Below are positions 45,183 through 46,589 of a stretch of 46,589 nt of DNA, in pieces; positions within the stretch are counted from its first letter, which is position 1, and every line of letters starts with the position of its first letter. Source of the stretch: an uncultured Rhodospirillaceae bacterium (GTDB lineage: Bacteria > Pseudomonadota > Alphaproteobacteria > UBA7887); NCBI GenBank assembly GCA_964555535.1, contig CAZKTK010000001.1, forward strand, positions 1-46,589, written 5' to 3'. The position numbers and the translations under genes were made by a program. Below the pieces are notes generated by a model. It had not been told where the DNA came from and ran no database searches. It saw only the letters and a program-made list of their open reading frames with translations.

Positions 45183-45737
45183 CTATATCCCCTTGCCGAG
45201 CTTCTCCTCGAGCACCTTGGCACGGGCCTTGGCGCTGGGGGAATTGGGGTGCCAGTAGAGCAGCTTGTCAAGAGCGTCCAGGGCGTCGGAGGGGCGCTCC
45301 TGGCTGGTGCGGATCATGGCGAGTCCGGACAGCGCCCCGAAATGGCGCGGCTCCAGGGCAAGGGTGGCGTCGATATCGGCGACCGAGGCTTCGTAATCGC
45401 CCATCAGCCAATAGAGCGTGGCGCGCTTGTTCCAGCCCTCCGCGAAATCGGGCGCCTGCTCGACGATGGTGTCGAAGGCCACCATGGCAACGTCATAGTC
45501 CTGCATGCTCATGGCGCGGATGCCGCGCATCATCAGCGCATCGAGGTCCTCGTCGCCGGACGCGGTCCAGATATCCCAGATCTCGCGCTCGATGCGCTCC
45601 GCCAGTTCGATATTGGTGGTGCGCTGCAGGGTATCGAAGAGCATGTCGAGACGCGGGTCGTCCTGGCGCGCCCAGCCGGGCTGCACCAAGACCAACATGA
45701 TCGTCACCGCCGCCAATACTCTCCCTCGCATGGGCAC
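45183..45737 (-). CDS. secreted tetratricopeptide-repeat protein
   Basis: Signal peptide 'RVLAAVTIMLVLVQPGWA'. TPR-like repeats: 'YDVAMVAFDTIVEQAPDFAEGWNKRATLYWLMGDYEASVADIDATLALEPRHFGAL'. Confidence 0.7.
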   Translation of the reverse strand: MPMRGRVLAAVTIMLVLVQPGWARQDDPRLDMLFDTLQRTTNIELAERIEREIWDIWTASGDEDLDALMMRGIRAMSMQDYDVAMVAFDTIVEQAPDFAEGWNKRATLYWLMGDYEASVADIDATLALEPRHFGALSGLAMIRTSQERPSDALDALDKLLYWHPNSPSAKARAKVLEEKLGKGI

Positions 45738-45914
45738 AGTATGGCGTCACCGCCCCTGGTCAGGCAAGACACCGGCATACTCATAACGAGGGCGTATCTA
45801 CCTCTAATGCGGGATCGAAAACCCGTTTTACTGTCGGAAAAATGGTTTTGAGTCAATTTTTTGCCGAAACAGTGGTATTGTAACGACTTTCCAATACACA
45901 ATCGGAGAGGTGTC

Positions 45915-46589
45915 ATGCCTGCTAAGAGTGGTCGTAGAGGTGTCTTCGGTACGGCCGAGAACCTGACCGGCGCAGTCCCGAGCGAGCCGCAATATACGGG
46001 GCGGTATCTGGTCCTGATCACCGAGGACGATGGTGTCACGGCGGAAAAGTCCTTGGCCAAGGCGGCAGGATTGAAAGCGGTGGCCCGCAGCGCAGACTTC
46101 AAGACGCAGGACTTCACGCCCGAAGCCGTGGCGGATGCGGATGCGGTCGTGCTGTCGGAGATCGGCGTCATGGTGGTGGACGGTGACGCAAAGGGCGTCG
46201 AGATGCGGGAGCCGGAACAAGTCTGCTATGCCATTCAGGCCGCCGACACTGCCACGGGGCTCGCGGCCTCGGCCGACTACGTGCGCGGCTATCGCGACGG
46301 CGTCGATCGGTTGAAGTCGGCGCCGGTTTGGTACAGGCGGCGCAATGACCTATACTTGAAGGCCTGCCGGCGGCGTCCGCGCCCGAGCGGACGCCCCCCG
46401 CCCAAAAACCCAGCAAGAGGGGCCGCGGTTAAAGGCCAAAGCACACAAAACACACCAGAAGCGCAGCAAAATACACCTCAACAAAACACACCTGCTGCTA
46501 CGCCAACAGCACAACAACAACACCAGCAACAACAGCAACAAAATACACCAGAAGCGCAACAAAATACACCAGAAGCGCAACAAAATACA
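45915..46589 (+). CDS. partial ORF not in the supplied track: subtilase-propeptide-like N-terminal region followed by basic and Q/T/P-rich repeat region, 3' end outside window
   Basis: The ATG at 45915 follows GGAGAGG by 4 nt. All 225 codons are open to the last base of the window, so there is no stop, which explains its absence from the track. High-GC3 coding pattern for about 135 codons ('TGRYLVLITEDDGV...LSEIGVMVVDGD...EQVCYAI...ADYVRGYRDGV'), then a compositional switch. Confidence 0.55.
   Translation, partial: MPAKSGRRGVFGTAENLTGAVPSEPQYTGRYLVLITEDDGVTAEKSLAKAAGLKAVARSADFKTQDFTPEAVADADAVVLSEIGVMVVDGDAKGVEMREPEQVCYAIQAADTATGLAASADYVRGYRDGVDRLKSAPVWYRRRNDLYLKACRRRPRPSGRPPPKNPARGAAVKGQSTQNTPEAQQNTPQQNTPAATPTAQQQHQQQQQQNTPEAQQNTPEAQQNT
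46440..46589 (+). repeat. in-phase 21-nt (and 15-nt) tandem repeats, A/C-rich strand
   Basis: CAACAAAATACACCAGAAGCG occurs at 46536-46556 and 46557-46577, with a partial third copy to 46589. Degenerate copies occur from about 46443 (ACACAAAACACACCAGAAGCG; CAGCAAAATACACCT; CAACAAAACACACCT). In the 45915 frame it reads QNTPEA/QQNTP repeats. Confidence 0.75.

Noticed and set aside
45800-45905. Third AT-richer patch upstream of the 45915 ORF as a possible degenerate copy of the MITE-like element
   Set aside because: It shares only 8-10-nt words (GTCAATTTTT, GTTTTACT) and a weak internal inverted repeat (ACTGTCGG / CCGAAACAGT), with no matching termini. It is more simply the promoter and leader region of the divergent TPR gene and the 45915 gene.
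46350-46583. 77-aa minus-strand ORF across the terminal repeats ('MLRFWCILLRFWCILL...')
   Set aside because: It is the antisense reading of the tandem repeat and gives an implausible Cys/Leu/Trp repeat that ends in the compositional boundary. The plus-strand frame is continuous with a well-initiated ORF.
46440-46589. Possible CRISPR array at the window end
   Set aside because: The repeats are directly tandem with no unique spacers. The unit lengths are 15/21 nt and degenerate, there is no palindromic repeat core, and no cas genes are in the window.

Overview
GC-rich, strongly GC3-biased chromosomal window of alphaproteobacterial type. It is densely packed with about 48 protein-coding genes, mostly single genes or short operons of accessory metabolism, such as SDRs, GSTs, hydrolases, TRAP and ABC transporter parts, and c-di-GMP cyclases. 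I found no rRNA, tRNA, CRISPR array, integrase or transposase. Many long ORFs in the six-frame track are antisense or shadow ORFs typical of high-GC DNA, and I rejected them. The main observations are these. (1) One translationally coupled minus-strand operon joins a xanthine-oxidase-family Mo-hydroxylase (2Fe-2S and Moco subunits) to SoxX, a SoxY paralogue with an AAC arm instead of GGCGG, SoxZ, and only the 5' half of soxA. (2) soxA breaks off at about 17096-17101, exactly where a 5'-truncated class III cyclase-AAA-TPR gene begins, so this is a rearrangement scar. (3) A Co-type nitrile hydratase has its beta subunit split into two ATGA-coupled ORFs (ToyJKL/thiocyanate-hydrolase-like layout). 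It has no activator or amidase gene and is followed by a GST and a D-aminoacylase-type amidohydrolase. (4) Two related AT-rich elements of about 120-130 bp with terminal inverted repeats (MITE-like) sit in otherwise GC-rich DNA. (5) There are two secreted FGE-sulfatase-domain proteins. One is fused to a caspase (C14) domain, and the other is frameshifted in a C6 run. (6) An ORF absent from the supplied track (45915 to the window end) switches after a hairpin into an A/C-rich, low-GC tract of in-phase 21-nt tandem repeats, in which the window ends. All family assignments come from motif recognition by eye, and no database search was run.
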